Source: Desulfobacterales bacterium (GTDB lineage: Bacteria > Desulfobacterota > Desulfobacteria > Desulfobacterales > JAHEIW01). Taken from it: DNA of 38,537 nt. This document shows, piece after piece, positions 19,031 through 27,687 of this stretch (positions are counted from its first letter, which is position 1; each line of letters opens with the position of its first letter). The stretch is taken from NCBI GenBank assembly GCA_041559695.1, contig JBFFCW010000003.1:1-38537 (forward strand), written 5' to 3'. A model generated the notes under the pieces. It was not told where the DNA came from, ran no database searches, and saw nothing but the letters and a program-made list of their open reading frames with translations. The position numbers and the translations under genes were made by a program.

Positions 19031-20224
19031 ATGTTTAAAAAACCAACATACGAAGAATTAACTGCAAGAATCAAAACACTTGAAAGAGAGTTGCAGCAGC
19101 GGGTCCAAACCGAAACGGATCTGCGGGAGCAGGAGCAGAAGTACAGGCTCATATTTGAAAGAGCGCGGGATGCCATTTTTATCATCCAGAAAGACGTGAT
19201 CCGTTTTGCCAATCGCCGCGCTCGGGCGGTACTGGGCTATACCGACGAAGAGCTGTCGACAACCGCCATTGCCGAACTTATCCACCCGAAAGACAGAGAT
19301 CTAGTGGCCGCCCGGCATTTTAAAAGGCTAAAAGGTAATAAAGTACCCGGCACCCAATCATTCCGGGTGATCAGTAAAGAGGGCAGAGAAATATGGGTCG
19401 AGCACACCGCCGTGCGCGTCAGCTGGGAAGGGCAGCCGGCCACTTTAAATTTTGTTCGCAACATCACCAAAAAGAAAAAACTGGACGCCCAGCTTCAATT
19501 TGCCGCCAGACTGGAGGCCATCGGCACCCTGGCCGGCGGGATTGCGCATGCTTTTAATAACCTTTTGATGGGCATCCAGGGGCACACCTCTCTGCTGCTG
19601 CTTGACCTCGACTCCAAACATCCCCATTACGCGGCCTTAAAAAAAATCGAAACCGCAATTCAAGGGGGTGCCGAGCTCACCAGCCAATTGATCGGCTACG
19701 CGCGCAAAGGCAGATACCGGTCCAAATCCATTGCCATTAACGAAATCATTGAAAATACCTCCCAGACGTTTCAAAAAATGAAAAGGGAAATTACCATCCA
19801 TCGTGAGCTCACCCAGAGGCCGCATGCCATCGAAGCCGACCAGGGCCAGTTGGAACAAATGCTGCTAAATCTTTTCATTAATGCGGCCGATGCCATGCCG
19901 GATGGGGGGAATATTTATTTGAAAACCAAAAACGTGACCCACCGGGATATCAAAAGCAAACTTTACGATGCTCGGCCGGGAAAATACGTCAGGATCACGG
20001 TCTCGGATAGAGGCGTCGGAATAGACAAAAAAATACAGCATCGTATTTTTGATCCTTTTTTTACGACCAAAACAATCGGTAAGGGGACCGGCCTCGGGCT
20101 GGCCTCGGTTTACGGGATCGTAAAAAGCCACGAAGGTTATATTAACGCGGAGTCTAAAAAGGGTCGTGGAACCACATTTTTAATTTATTTGCCGGCAGCG
20201 GATAAGCGAAAAAAGAGGAAATAA
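19031..20224 (+). CDS. PAS-domain sensor histidine kinase without receiver domain
   Basis: KKPTYEEL N-terminus, PAS (IHPKDR), H-box [12 protein letters not shown]-box [29 protein letters not shown]. Start could be 19016 or 19031. Confidence 0.9.
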   Translation: MFKKPTYEELTARIKTLERELQQRVQTETDLREQEQKYRLIFERARDAIFIIQKDVIRFANRRARAVLGYTDEELSTTAIAELIHPKDRDLVAARHFKRLKGNKVPGTQSFRVISKEGREIWVEHTAVRVSWEGQPATLNFVRNITKKKKLDAQLQFAARLEAIGTLAGGIAHAFNNLLMGIQGHTSLLLLDLDSKHPHYAALKKIETAIQGGAELTSQLIGYARKGRYRSKSIAINEIIENTSQTFQKMKREITIHRELTQRPHAIEADQGQLEQMLLNLFINAADAMPDGGNIYLKTKNVTHRDIKSKLYDARPGKYVRITVSDRGVGIDKKIQHRIFDPFFTTKTIGKGTGLGLASVYGIVKSHEGYINAESKKGRGTTFLIYLPAADKRKKRK

Positions 20225-20250
20225 AAATCAGATTCCTGGCGGGTGGAAAA

Positions 20251-20892
20251 ATGCTTGAGAATATATCCAAATTAAATCTGGTTCGTATTGGAAGCTACAT
20301 CACTTATAGCAGTCTCAAGAAGATCGGCGACGATCTGCTGGAATCCTTTTCCGGTATCCTTGGTGAGGTCGATCTGTCACATTATGATTCACCGATGATT
20401 GACAGCATCGATGCCCAGCTGCTGACGCTGATACTCGGAGAGGAATATGTCGGAAATACCCTGGGGATCACCGATGCGGATTTAAAAATAGACGATGGGG
20501 ATGAATTTTATAATTCGATTATCGGCGGGAAAAATCCTAAAAATGATGTGGCCGTTGTTTCCACTAAAAAATTGACTCCCCGGCGGATGGAATCAGACGA
20601 AGAAATTGAACGGTATATCGATCGCACGACCAAGGTGGCATTGCACGAGGTCGGCCATAACTTCGGTTTAACCGATCATGCCTCTTTTAAACCGGCACCG
20701 GATGGCGCGTTGTGCCCCATGAGCAGAGGCGAGTTTAATAAATTCGGCTATCGGGGATACGTGCGGGCCATTGTCGATGGCCGCGGGCTTAGATTTTGCG
20801 ATGAATGCAGCGGGTTTTTGAGATCGGTTTATGGCTATCGGACAGCGTCAAAAGGGCTGGTCAAAGACGGGCTCACATCCGCTGCGAATTAG
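20251..20892 (+). CDS. Archaemetzincin-like (peptidase M54) zinc metalloprotease
   Basis: LGITDADL, AVVST, HEVGHNFGLTDH, CPMS Met-turn, FCDEC. Confidence 0.8.
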   Translation: MLENISKLNLVRIGSYITYSSLKKIGDDLLESFSGILGEVDLSHYDSPMIDSIDAQLLTLILGEEYVGNTLGITDADLKIDDGDEFYNSIIGGKNPKNDVAVVSTKKLTPRRMESDEEIERYIDRTTKVALHEVGHNFGLTDHASFKPAPDGALCPMSRGEFNKFGYRGYVRAIVDGRGLRFCDECSGFLRSVYGYRTASKGLVKDGLTSAAN

Positions 20893-20913
20893 AAGCATTT
20901 TCATAATCGATTT

Positions 20914-20951
20914 TTAACGGGCTTTTCGGGAAACGGGCAAACCGGCAAACC
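20914..20951. repeat. Solo degenerate arm of the GGCTCAACC-family element
   Basis: TTAACGGGCTTTTCGGGAAACGGGCAAACCGGCAAACC resembles the right arms at 10947 and 38089; no partner arm seen. Confidence 0.6.
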
Positions 20952-20964
20952 TTATAAGTACCCA

Positions 20965-21417
20965 TCAGATTACCTTCAGCAACTTTTCGATACTTTTGCG
21001 GCGTTCTGAAATCACAAAGGATTTCGGTGCTGCAAAAATCTCTTCCGACATCTGCAGCAATGCATTGCGGGCTTCAATAATATCGGCCTCTCTGGGTAGA
21101 AAAAACAGCAGCTTGGCGATTGCATAAAACGGAACCAGACGATAGCCGGCATTGAGCATGGATGCCAGCTTGCGATATTCGTCTGCGGCCTGTTCCAATT
21201 TCTCCTGATCCATATTCTGCCCCGCCGCTTCGCCGGATGGTTCTTCAGAAGATGCAAGCTTAAAAACGTGTGAATAATGAATAAGCTTGAAAGCAATTTC
21301 GGCAATCACCCGTTTGAGTTCCTGAACGGGGTCAATGACAATTTTAACAATAATTTCGCCTAAAACATAAATTATCACCCCGGCTATAATAATATAAAAA
21401 ACGAGCGCGATTTCCAT
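20965..21417 (-). CDS. Hypothetical membrane-anchored protein
   Basis: N-terminal TM (MEIALVFYIIIAGVIIYVLGE); GGAGG RBS before ATG 21417. Confidence 0.7.
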   Translation of the reverse strand: MEIALVFYIIIAGVIIYVLGEIIVKIVIDPVQELKRVIAEIAFKLIHYSHVFKLASSEEPSGEAAGQNMDQEKLEQAADEYRKLASMLNAGYRLVPFYAIAKLLFFLPREADIIEARNALLQMSEEIFAAPKSFVISERRKSIEKLLKVI

Positions 21418-21441
21418 GATTTTTCCTCCCCCAATGCACAC

Positions 21442-21476
21442 AAAACCCCAATTCTCGATTCGAGAAAAGGGGTTTT
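21442..21476 (-). terminator. Terminator-like hairpin upstream of the 20965-21417 gene
   Basis: AAAACCCC-aa-TTCTCG-att-CGAGAA-aa-GGGGTTTT, symmetric, so possibly bidirectional. Confidence 0.55.
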
Positions 21477-21604
21477 AAGTTCAGTCCATTTTGCGACCTT
21501 TCAGTACGGGTTTAATTTTGTTTAATATTAAATAGTTATCATAATTAATGCCTTTAAGTCAACAGAATTGAAATGGGGTGTCGCACATCGGTCAGGACAT
21601 ACAT

Positions 21605-21955
21605 TTAGAAATTAAATACTTTACCTTCAGCGGCGAGATCAATCAAATGGGGTCCGCCGTCCAGGGCCATATTTGAAAAAAAGTTTGCCTCGTCGACCTG
21701 ACGAGCTCTGGCGCATGGAATTCAGACGCCAATGGGGACCTCGTTTTCAACCAGATACGGCAGATATTCATTCGGGTTGTCACCGGTCGGCGTTTTCGTA
21801 TCAAAATCTCTGTTTGAATCCGCCCAAAAGGCGCCGTCATCAATAAAAAACAGGTTAACGTCATGCCCTTTTGAATGCGCAATTTGAGCAAATTGAAAAC
21901 AGCGGATTGCTGCCTGGTTGTCATCCCGGCTTAACATGAACAGAAAATTCGTCAT
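21605..21955 (-). CDS. DsrE-family selenoprotein (116 aa, Sec at codon 78, UxxC)
   Basis: The track ORF stops at TGA 21724-21722. The frame continues as ...EVPIGV-U-IPCARARQVDEANFFSNMALDGGPHLIDLAAEGKVFNF to TAA 21607-21605, completing a DsrE-sized protein (VNLFFIDDGA motif). AAGGAGG RBS present. Confidence 0.9.
21686..21721 (-). promoter_or_regulatory. Bacterial SECIS-like hairpin
   Basis: After the UGA: AUUCCAUGCGCCAGAG-CUCGUC-AGGUC-GACGAG-GCA. A perfect 6-bp stem (21705-21700 / 21694-21689) with an AGGUC loop begins 16 nt after the UGA. Confidence 0.8.
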
Positions 21956-22141
21956 CCCAAACCTCCTTTCTTTTTATCAAAATTAAGCGCGGAACGCTTT
22001 CTGGTTTAAACGAGAATTTATCAGAATTCAATCTAGACTTTCAACCGAAAATATAAGAAGAACAGAAGTAGAGATCAGGACAATAAACGGCTGTCGCGGC
22101 CTGGATGGAAAAACTTCGGGACTTAATTGCGAAGGATGCGA

Positions 22142-22846
22142 TCACCGCTTAACGCCCACATAACGGAGCAACGGTTGCGGATTGACAGCCAGGTCGTCAG
22201 GCGTTGCCTCGCCGCGCACGGAACCGTTCTCGATGAAGGTAATCCGGTCCGCCACCTTGAGCGCGGCCTCTATCTTCTGCTCGACCAGCAATACGGCGAC
22301 GCCATGCGCCTTGAGCTCGACAATCGAGCCCAGGAGCTTTTCTACCAGACGCGGCATCAGCCCTTCACTGGGTTCGTCCAGCAGCAGAAGCTTGGGTTCC
22401 AGGCAGAGGGCCCGCGCCATGGCCAGCATCTGCTGTTGCCCCCCGCTCAACGTACCCGCACGCTGGCGCAGCAGCTCCTTGAGCGCCGGAAACAGGTTCA
22501 GCACCCAATCGAGGGTTTTTGAGCCCTTGTCCCTCACCAGCAGTCCCATCTGCAGATTTTCTGCTACGGTCAATAACGGGAAGAGCCGGCGGCCCTGGGG
22601 CACGTAAGCGATGCCAAGCTGCGGGATTTCGTGCGGCCTCAGGCGGGTGAGTTCGCGCCCCTCGAGCTGGATGCCCCCCGAGCGCGATTTGACGAGGCCC
22701 ATGATGGCTTTCAGCGTGGTTGTCTTGCCCGCACCGTTGCGGCCCAACAGGCCGAGGATCTCACCCGGCGCCAGGCGCAGTGAGACGTCTTTGAGTACGT
22801 GAACTTTGTCATAGTAGCAGTTGATGTGATCCAGAACCAGCATCAT
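22142..22846 (-). CDS. Branched-chain amino acid-type ABC ATPase, LivF-like
   Basis: GRNGAGKTT, YVPQGRRLF, LSGGQQQML, LLDEPSEGL; ATGA overlap with the upstream gene. Confidence 0.93.
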   Translation of the reverse strand: MMLVLDHINCYYDKVHVLKDVSLRLAPGEILGLLGRNGAGKTTTLKAIMGLVKSRSGGIQLEGRELTRLRPHEIPQLGIAYVPQGRRLFPLLTVAENLQMGLLVRDKGSKTLDWVLNLFPALKELLRQRAGTLSGGQQQMLAMARALCLEPKLLLLDEPSEGLMPRLVEKLLGSIVELKAHGVAVLLVEQKIEAALKVADRITFIENGSVRGEATPDDLAVNPQPLLRYVGVKR

Positions 22847-23589
22847 TTACCCAGGTACGCCTTCTGAACTTCCCGGTGGCGCTCGATCTCTGCCGGAGAA
22901 CCTTCGGCAATGATCTCACCGCTGTCCATTACGGTGATCATCTCCGCCAGCTCGAGGACCACCGATACATTATGTTCAATCAAAAGCACCGTCACTTCCT
23001 GCGAGATCGTGCGGAGGAGATCGCAAAATGCCGATATCTCCTCCTGTGCAAGGCCCTGTAAGGGCTCGTCGAGGATCAGAAGCTCCGGGTCCAGCGCAAG
23101 CGCCATGGCCACCTCCAACAACCGCTGATGGCCGTATGGCAGGGTGTCGGCCCGCTGGTCGCCGGCAGCCGACAGTCCGACTTGAAGCAAGGCGGCCTGC
23201 ACGCGGTCGGCGATCTGGCGCTCGCTGAGTACGAGACGGTTGGTCACACCGCCCATCAAGCGCCGCTGAGCGGCAAGGGCGACGTTCTCATAGCAGGTCA
23301 GATTCTTGAAGATGCTCGTCACCTGAAAGGTGTACACGATCCCCCGAAACACGCGGCCCCAGGCTTTCAGCCCGGTGATGTCCTGCCCCTTGAACCTGAC
23401 CTGCCCGGAGGTCGGGGACATCCGCCCGCTGATCATGTTCATCAATGTCGTCTTCCCGGCCCCGTTGGGCCCGATGATGGCCCGGATCTCCCCGCGAGTT
23501 AGGCTCAGGTCAACATCCTTGACCGCATGCAGCCCGCCAAAGCGTTTGCACAGCGCAGTTGTCTCAAGTAGCGAATCTACGGCAGCCAC
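22843..23589 (-). CDS. Branched-chain amino acid-type ABC ATPase, LivG-like
   Basis: FGGLHAV, GPNGAGKTT, LPYGHQRLLE, VQKAYLG. Likely GTG start at 23589 (or 23598); the track start 23778 would overlap the permease by about 200 nt. Confidence 0.9.
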   Translation of the reverse strand: MAAVDSLLETTALCKRFGGLHAVKDVDLSLTRGEIRAIIGPNGAGKTTLMNMISGRMSPTSGQVRFKGQDITGLKAWGRVFRGIVYTFQVTSIFKNLTCYENVALAAQRRLMGGVTNRLVLSERQIADRVQAALLQVGLSAAGDQRADTLPYGHQRLLEVAMALALDPELLILDEPLQGLAQEEISAFCDLLRTISQEVTVLLIEHNVSVVLELAEMITVMDSGEIIAEGSPAEIERHREVQKAYLGK

Positions 23590-24539
23590 GGCAACCACCT
23601 TGTCCGTACCGCCCCCATGATGCCCTTGGGAAACCACAGTATCAGCATCACGAGCACGGCTCCGACCACGAAAAGGTAGCTCGAGGTAAGTCCGCTGGCG
23701 ATGTCGACGAGATAAAACATAATACCCGTCCCGATCATTGGACCCGTCGTCGTGCCCGTCCCTCCGAGCAGGGTCCACAGAATGGGATAGATGGAGTACA
23801 AAATTGACGCGAAGGAAGCCCCAACATACGAAAACAGCAACGCATAAGCCGCACCGGCCACGCCTGAAATTCCGCCCGATATTACCAGTGACAGGAGTTT
23901 ATATTTATAGGTGTTGTATCCGAGCAGTCCGGTGCGCTCTTCGTTCTCGCGTACTGCAATCAGCACGCGTCCGGTGGGCGATCCCACCAGTAGGGCACTG
24001 AGCAGAAAGCTTCCAGCGAACAGCAATAGTGCGATGTTGTATTTCACCGCAGGGTCGGAGAATGCGAATTCGAACGAGCCCAGAGACACCGATTCCAGGC
24101 TTTTGGAAAGAATGAAGCCCTGGTCGCCCATTGTGATCTTGTTAAAATAAAGGAGCGCAAGATAACAGGCCTGAGCAAACATCATCGTCACAATCAGAAA
24201 CGACACGCCGCTGGTTCGCAGCGCAATGAGGCCGAACAGGGCGGCGAGCACAAGGCTCAGCAGAACGCCGACGCAGAAAGCCGGAACGGCCCCGAACTGC
24301 AGGTAGTAGATGGGCAGTCCGGCGCCGTACATGCCGGCGGCAAAGAACATGGCGTGCCCCAGGCTCATCAGACCCGTGTAGCCCAGCAGTATGTTGTAGC
24401 CCACCGCATAAGTGGCCAGCACCATGATCCGGGCCACATTGGTGTGGTGGTAGGCCGGCAGAACGAATTGGGCGATAAACAACAGTCCGAGAATACCCAG
24501 GTGGAGCGCGAGCACTTTGCCTGTTAGCCGTCCGCTCAT
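23577..24539 (-). CDS. LivM-like ABC permease
   Basis: NILLGYTGLMSLGHAMFF, GRVLIAVRENE, LLGGTGT..GP, PKGIMG. Confidence 0.92.
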   Translation of the reverse strand: MSGRLTGKVLALHLGILGLLFIAQFVLPAYHHTNVARIMVLATYAVGYNILLGYTGLMSLGHAMFFAAGMYGAGLPIYYLQFGAVPAFCVGVLLSLVLAALFGLIALRTSGVSFLIVTMMFAQACYLALLYFNKITMGDQGFILSKSLESVSLGSFEFAFSDPAVKYNIALLLFAGSFLLSALLVGSPTGRVLIAVRENEERTGLLGYNTYKYKLLSLVISGGISGVAGAAYALLFSYVGASFASILYSIYPILWTLLGGTGTTTGPMIGTGIMFYLVDIASGLTSSYLFVVGAVLVMLILWFPKGIMGAVRTRWLPWLP

Positions 24540-25417
24540 GAGCCTTCCTCCCCGAACAGGCCGCCAGGCCTTAACACCAGCACCGCAGCCACAAGAAGCG
24601 TGGCGACGATTTTCGCCAGTGTCGGCGAAAAGAAGACGGACACGACACCGTCACTGATCCCGACGACAAAGGCCGCCACCACGGTTCCCTTCAGGCTTCC
24701 CAGACCGCCGATGATTACGACAATAAACGACAGCAACAGCGGGTCGAGTCCCATGAGGTAGTGAGCTTGTTGAATCGGCACCACCAGCACACCGGCGACA
24801 GCAGCCAGCATCGCTCCCAGGGCAAAGGCCTTGGCATACACCCTTCGGACCGGCACACCGAAGGCCTGTGCCATCTCCTGGTCCTGCTGGGTGGCCCGCA
24901 TGTAAAGCCCCAGCTTGGTTTTGGACATCGCCAGCCAGGTTCCCAGGAGCAACAGACCCGATACGCCGGCCACGATAAGCTTATAACCAGAATATCCGAA
25001 CCACGGAAACGAAACCCGGAAATATATGGGGGGGACAACCGGACGGGCATCCGCGCCGAAGAGCGTCAGGACCAATTGCTGAATGATATAAAGGAGTCCG
25101 ATGGTGGCGACGATGGTACTTTCGGGCTGATAGTTAATGCGACGCAGAATCAGCCCATCGGCGGCGACGGCCATTGCTCCAACGATCAGCGGACCAACGA
25201 CCAGCGCCACGGCAAAACCCATGAACGCGCCGCCGCCGACCAGCATCGAGCAGGACCAGGCAAGCACCGCACCGAGCATAAAGAACTCACCGTGCGCGAT
25301 GTTGACGATGCGCATGACCCCGAACACCAGAGACAGTCCCAGGGCAATGAGGGCCAGCACAAAAGCGGTGACCGTGCCCTCCAGCAGCGCCAAAAAAAGA
25401 TGCGGCCCGAAGCTCAT
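24536..25417 (-). CDS. LivH-like ABC permease
   Basis: GLSLVFGVMRIVNIAHGEFFM, LGLYMRAT, VIIGGLGS, RPGGLFG. Confidence 0.92.
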   Translation of the reverse strand: MSFGPHLFLALLEGTVTAFVLALIALGLSLVFGVMRIVNIAHGEFFMLGAVLAWSCSMLVGGGAFMGFAVALVVGPLIVGAMAVAADGLILRRINYQPESTIVATIGLLYIIQQLVLTLFGADARPVVPPIYFRVSFPWFGYSGYKLIVAGVSGLLLLGTWLAMSKTKLGLYMRATQQDQEMAQAFGVPVRRVYAKAFALGAMLAAVAGVLVVPIQQAHYLMGLDPLLLSFIVVIIGGLGSLKGTVVAAFVVGISDGVVSVFFSPTLAKIVATLLVAAVLVLRPGGLFGEEGS

Positions 25418-25485
25418 AATAAATCAACGTTCCATAGTTCTAATATTCAGATCCACAAATAAACTCAGAAAATCCATTCAAGAAC

Positions 25486-26820
25486 TTACAGGGCCTGTTT
25501 TGTGTAGTCCACATCGGACGCGTAGATTGAATCTTCGATTTTCGTTCGGTGTATCACCTTGAGTTTGCGATTCTTAACCTCAGAGATGAACTGCTGGCCG
25601 AAGCTCTGGTGCAAACGGCCGATAAATTTCTTGTGACCCTGGGGATGCGCTATCCCTTCGTTGAACCACTGGAAATTCTCAAGGGTTTCGATCAAGGCCT
25701 TATAGTCCTTTTGGGTTGGATTTTCGTACCCGCTCTGCTCTACAGCTTCCTTGATGGCAAACAGCGTCTCCCAGCATGAAAACATATGCGCGTAAGTGGA
25801 AACGTCCTTCGGATCCTTGACACTTGCGCCGTCAGCGTTGACGCCCACGCTTTCCCTGAAGAACTTCTCATAGGGTGTGGCATATTCTCCCGCATAGCGC
25901 GGAAATCCTTCCCAGAAATAGGTCCCCTCCAAAAACTCCAGCCCCGGGCTGCCCATATCCACGCCCTCCAGCGAGTCGATGAACCCGAAGATCTGGGGAC
26001 GTTTGGAGCCGAAGTGCTCGCCCATCTCTTTAACGAAAGTGAGCACAGCCGGTCCGACCATGACGTGATATATCACTTCCGTATCAGCGGGAATGCGTGC
26101 AAAGTATTTCGTGAACGAAGCTTCGGTGGGTGGAATTGGCAATTGGGCTAAGACTTGGCCGCCTTTTTGTTTCACGGCGCCACCGAAGAAATCTCGATGA
26201 TCGTATCCGAAGGCATAATCGGGATAGATCATCGCCACTTTCTTGCCCAGGTTCTTCATCACCCAGCCGGTGATGGCGGTTACCTGTGAGCGAACATCAG
26301 TGATACCCGGTTGGAAAACCCAGCGATTCATCGTTCCTGAGGGAACGTGGTACCCCTCGCTTGCCACAAACAACGGAATCTTCAATTCGGCAGCCCGTGG
26401 TGCAGAAGCGATAACGACATGTGAAAAAAGCGTCCCATAGACAAAATCCACCTTGTGCTGCACCGCAAGTTTTTCAACGACTTCGGCACCGCGCTTGGGA
26501 TCGGTTCCATCATCCTCGATTACCACTTCAACCGGTCTGCCGGCCATGCCCCCCATTTTATTAATCAATTTTACCGCCGCTACTGTCGTGCGTTCGTACC
26601 AGCGCCCATACACCGCCCCGATGCCGGTCCGATGCACACTAAAACCGATCTTGATAGGCTTGGCCCCTGCCGATTGAGCAGCTGCCGGGCGGGTGAATAC
26701 GGCCGGCACGCCGGCGATTCCTGCGCCGACAAGCGCTCCTGCGGTCTTAAGGGCTGTGCGCCTGGAGATCCCCTTTGCCGTTGTGTCTGTCTTTTTAGTG
26801 TTGTTCTCTTTTTTGGCCAT
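25486..26820 (-). CDS. Liv-type ABC substrate-binding protein with Tat signal
   Basis: ISRRTALK twin-arginine signal; IKIG, GGMAGRPVEVVIEDDGTDP, DYAFG; GGAGGAG RBS. Confidence 0.9.
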   Translation of the reverse strand: MAKKENNTKKTDTTAKGISRRTALKTAGALVGAGIAGVPAVFTRPAAAQSAGAKPIKIGFSVHRTGIGAVYGRWYERTTVAAVKLINKMGGMAGRPVEVVIEDDGTDPKRGAEVVEKLAVQHKVDFVYGTLFSHVVIASAPRAAELKIPLFVASEGYHVPSGTMNRWVFQPGITDVRSQVTAITGWVMKNLGKKVAMIYPDYAFGYDHRDFFGGAVKQKGGQVLAQLPIPPTEASFTKYFARIPADTEVIYHVMVGPAVLTFVKEMGEHFGSKRPQIFGFIDSLEGVDMGSPGLEFLEGTYFWEGFPRYAGEYATPYEKFFRESVGVNADGASVKDPKDVSTYAHMFSCWETLFAIKEAVEQSGYENPTQKDYKALIETLENFQWFNEGIAHPQGHKKFIGRLHQSFGQQFISEVKNRKLKVIHRTKIEDSIYASDVDYTKQAL

Positions 26821-27209
26821 TTTTTCTCCTCCCTTCGTTTGATAGGGTGTTAAAATGGTTAGATAATCGGGTGGTTAGATGATAGGATGCAAAAATTTCG
26901 GCTTTGATCGGCAAATCATATGAGCAAGAGAATTGCCTGTCAAGTGAAAATGATTTTACATGATCTAATATGCGGCATTCATGAGGTCTCTGGGGCGCTG
27001 CCCCTTTTCCCAAAACTCAAGCGGCGGTGGGCGGGCCATGCTGAACCTCGCAAGAGCGAAGACGGGTCGTTTTTCGGCATGAGCAGGATTCTTGAAAATC
27101 TTTTTAAAGGGCTTATCTTTTGGGACCTTAATTTAACAGGTGCCCTATAATCAAAAGGGCGGTTTGGACCGCATGCCTGATCGATATATCTTTATAAAGA
27201 TGGAGGTTA

Positions 27210-27599
27210 ATGATGAACAATCAAATCATAAGGTTTTGTATTATCATTCTATCATCTATTTTTCTGCTCAGTTCGCCGGCTTTGGCCGGCGGCAAGGACA
27301 AAGGCAAAAATAAAACCCAACCACCCGGTTGGGAACAGGGCGAAAAGACCGGCTGGAAAGGAGAAGATACGCCTCCGGGACTGACCGAAGAGAAACTGGA
27401 GAAAAAACAAAAGGCCGGGCTGAAGGGCCAAGAGGCCAAGGCACAAAAGGAAGGCAAAAAAGCGAAACCGGAGACCGAACTGGAAGCGGAAAAAGCAAAA
27501 CAGGAAGCTGAAATAGAGGAAGAGCAAAAGAATCGAGAAGCGGAGATAAAAAAAGAAAAGGAAAAGCTGAAATCCAATTCAAAGAAGAAAAAGGGTTGA
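27210..27599 (+). CDS. Small secreted Lys/Glu-rich hypothetical protein with PPG motifs
   Basis: GGAGG RBS; signal peptide ending ALA; PPGWEQGEKTGWKGEDTPPGL followed by a charged helical tail. Confidence 0.75.
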   Translation: MMNNQIIRFCIIILSSIFLLSSPALAGGKDKGKNKTQPPGWEQGEKTGWKGEDTPPGLTEEKLEKKQKAGLKGQEAKAQKEGKKAKPETELEAEKAKQEAEIEEEQKNREAEIKKEKEKLKSNSKKKKG

Positions 27600-27687
27600 A
27601 GCACAAAAATTCAAAAAATTAATGTCATTTAGTTTCATGGGCATTAAAACCTAAATTCCTACCGCCTTTGTGTGTGGAAGTCAAAGA

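Noticed and set aside
21485-21515. c-di-GMP-I riboswitch (GAAAGGTCGCAAA resemblance)
   Set aside because: The GAAA-capped P2 stem does not pair and the downstream P3/P1 elements are missing.
21643-21924. 93-aa alternative-frame ORF or frameshift/pseudogene explanation for dsrE
   Set aside because: In-frame UGA readthrough with UxxC and a SECIS-like hairpin explains the locus without a frameshift.
23590-23778. N-terminal extension of the LivG-like ORF
   Set aside because: It overlaps the LivM-like gene in another frame and is not ABC-like; a GTG near 23589 gives the normal length.
27221-27606. Phe/Ser-rich minus-strand ORFs
   Set aside because: They mirror the A-rich Lys/Glu coding strand, which has the RBS and signal peptide.
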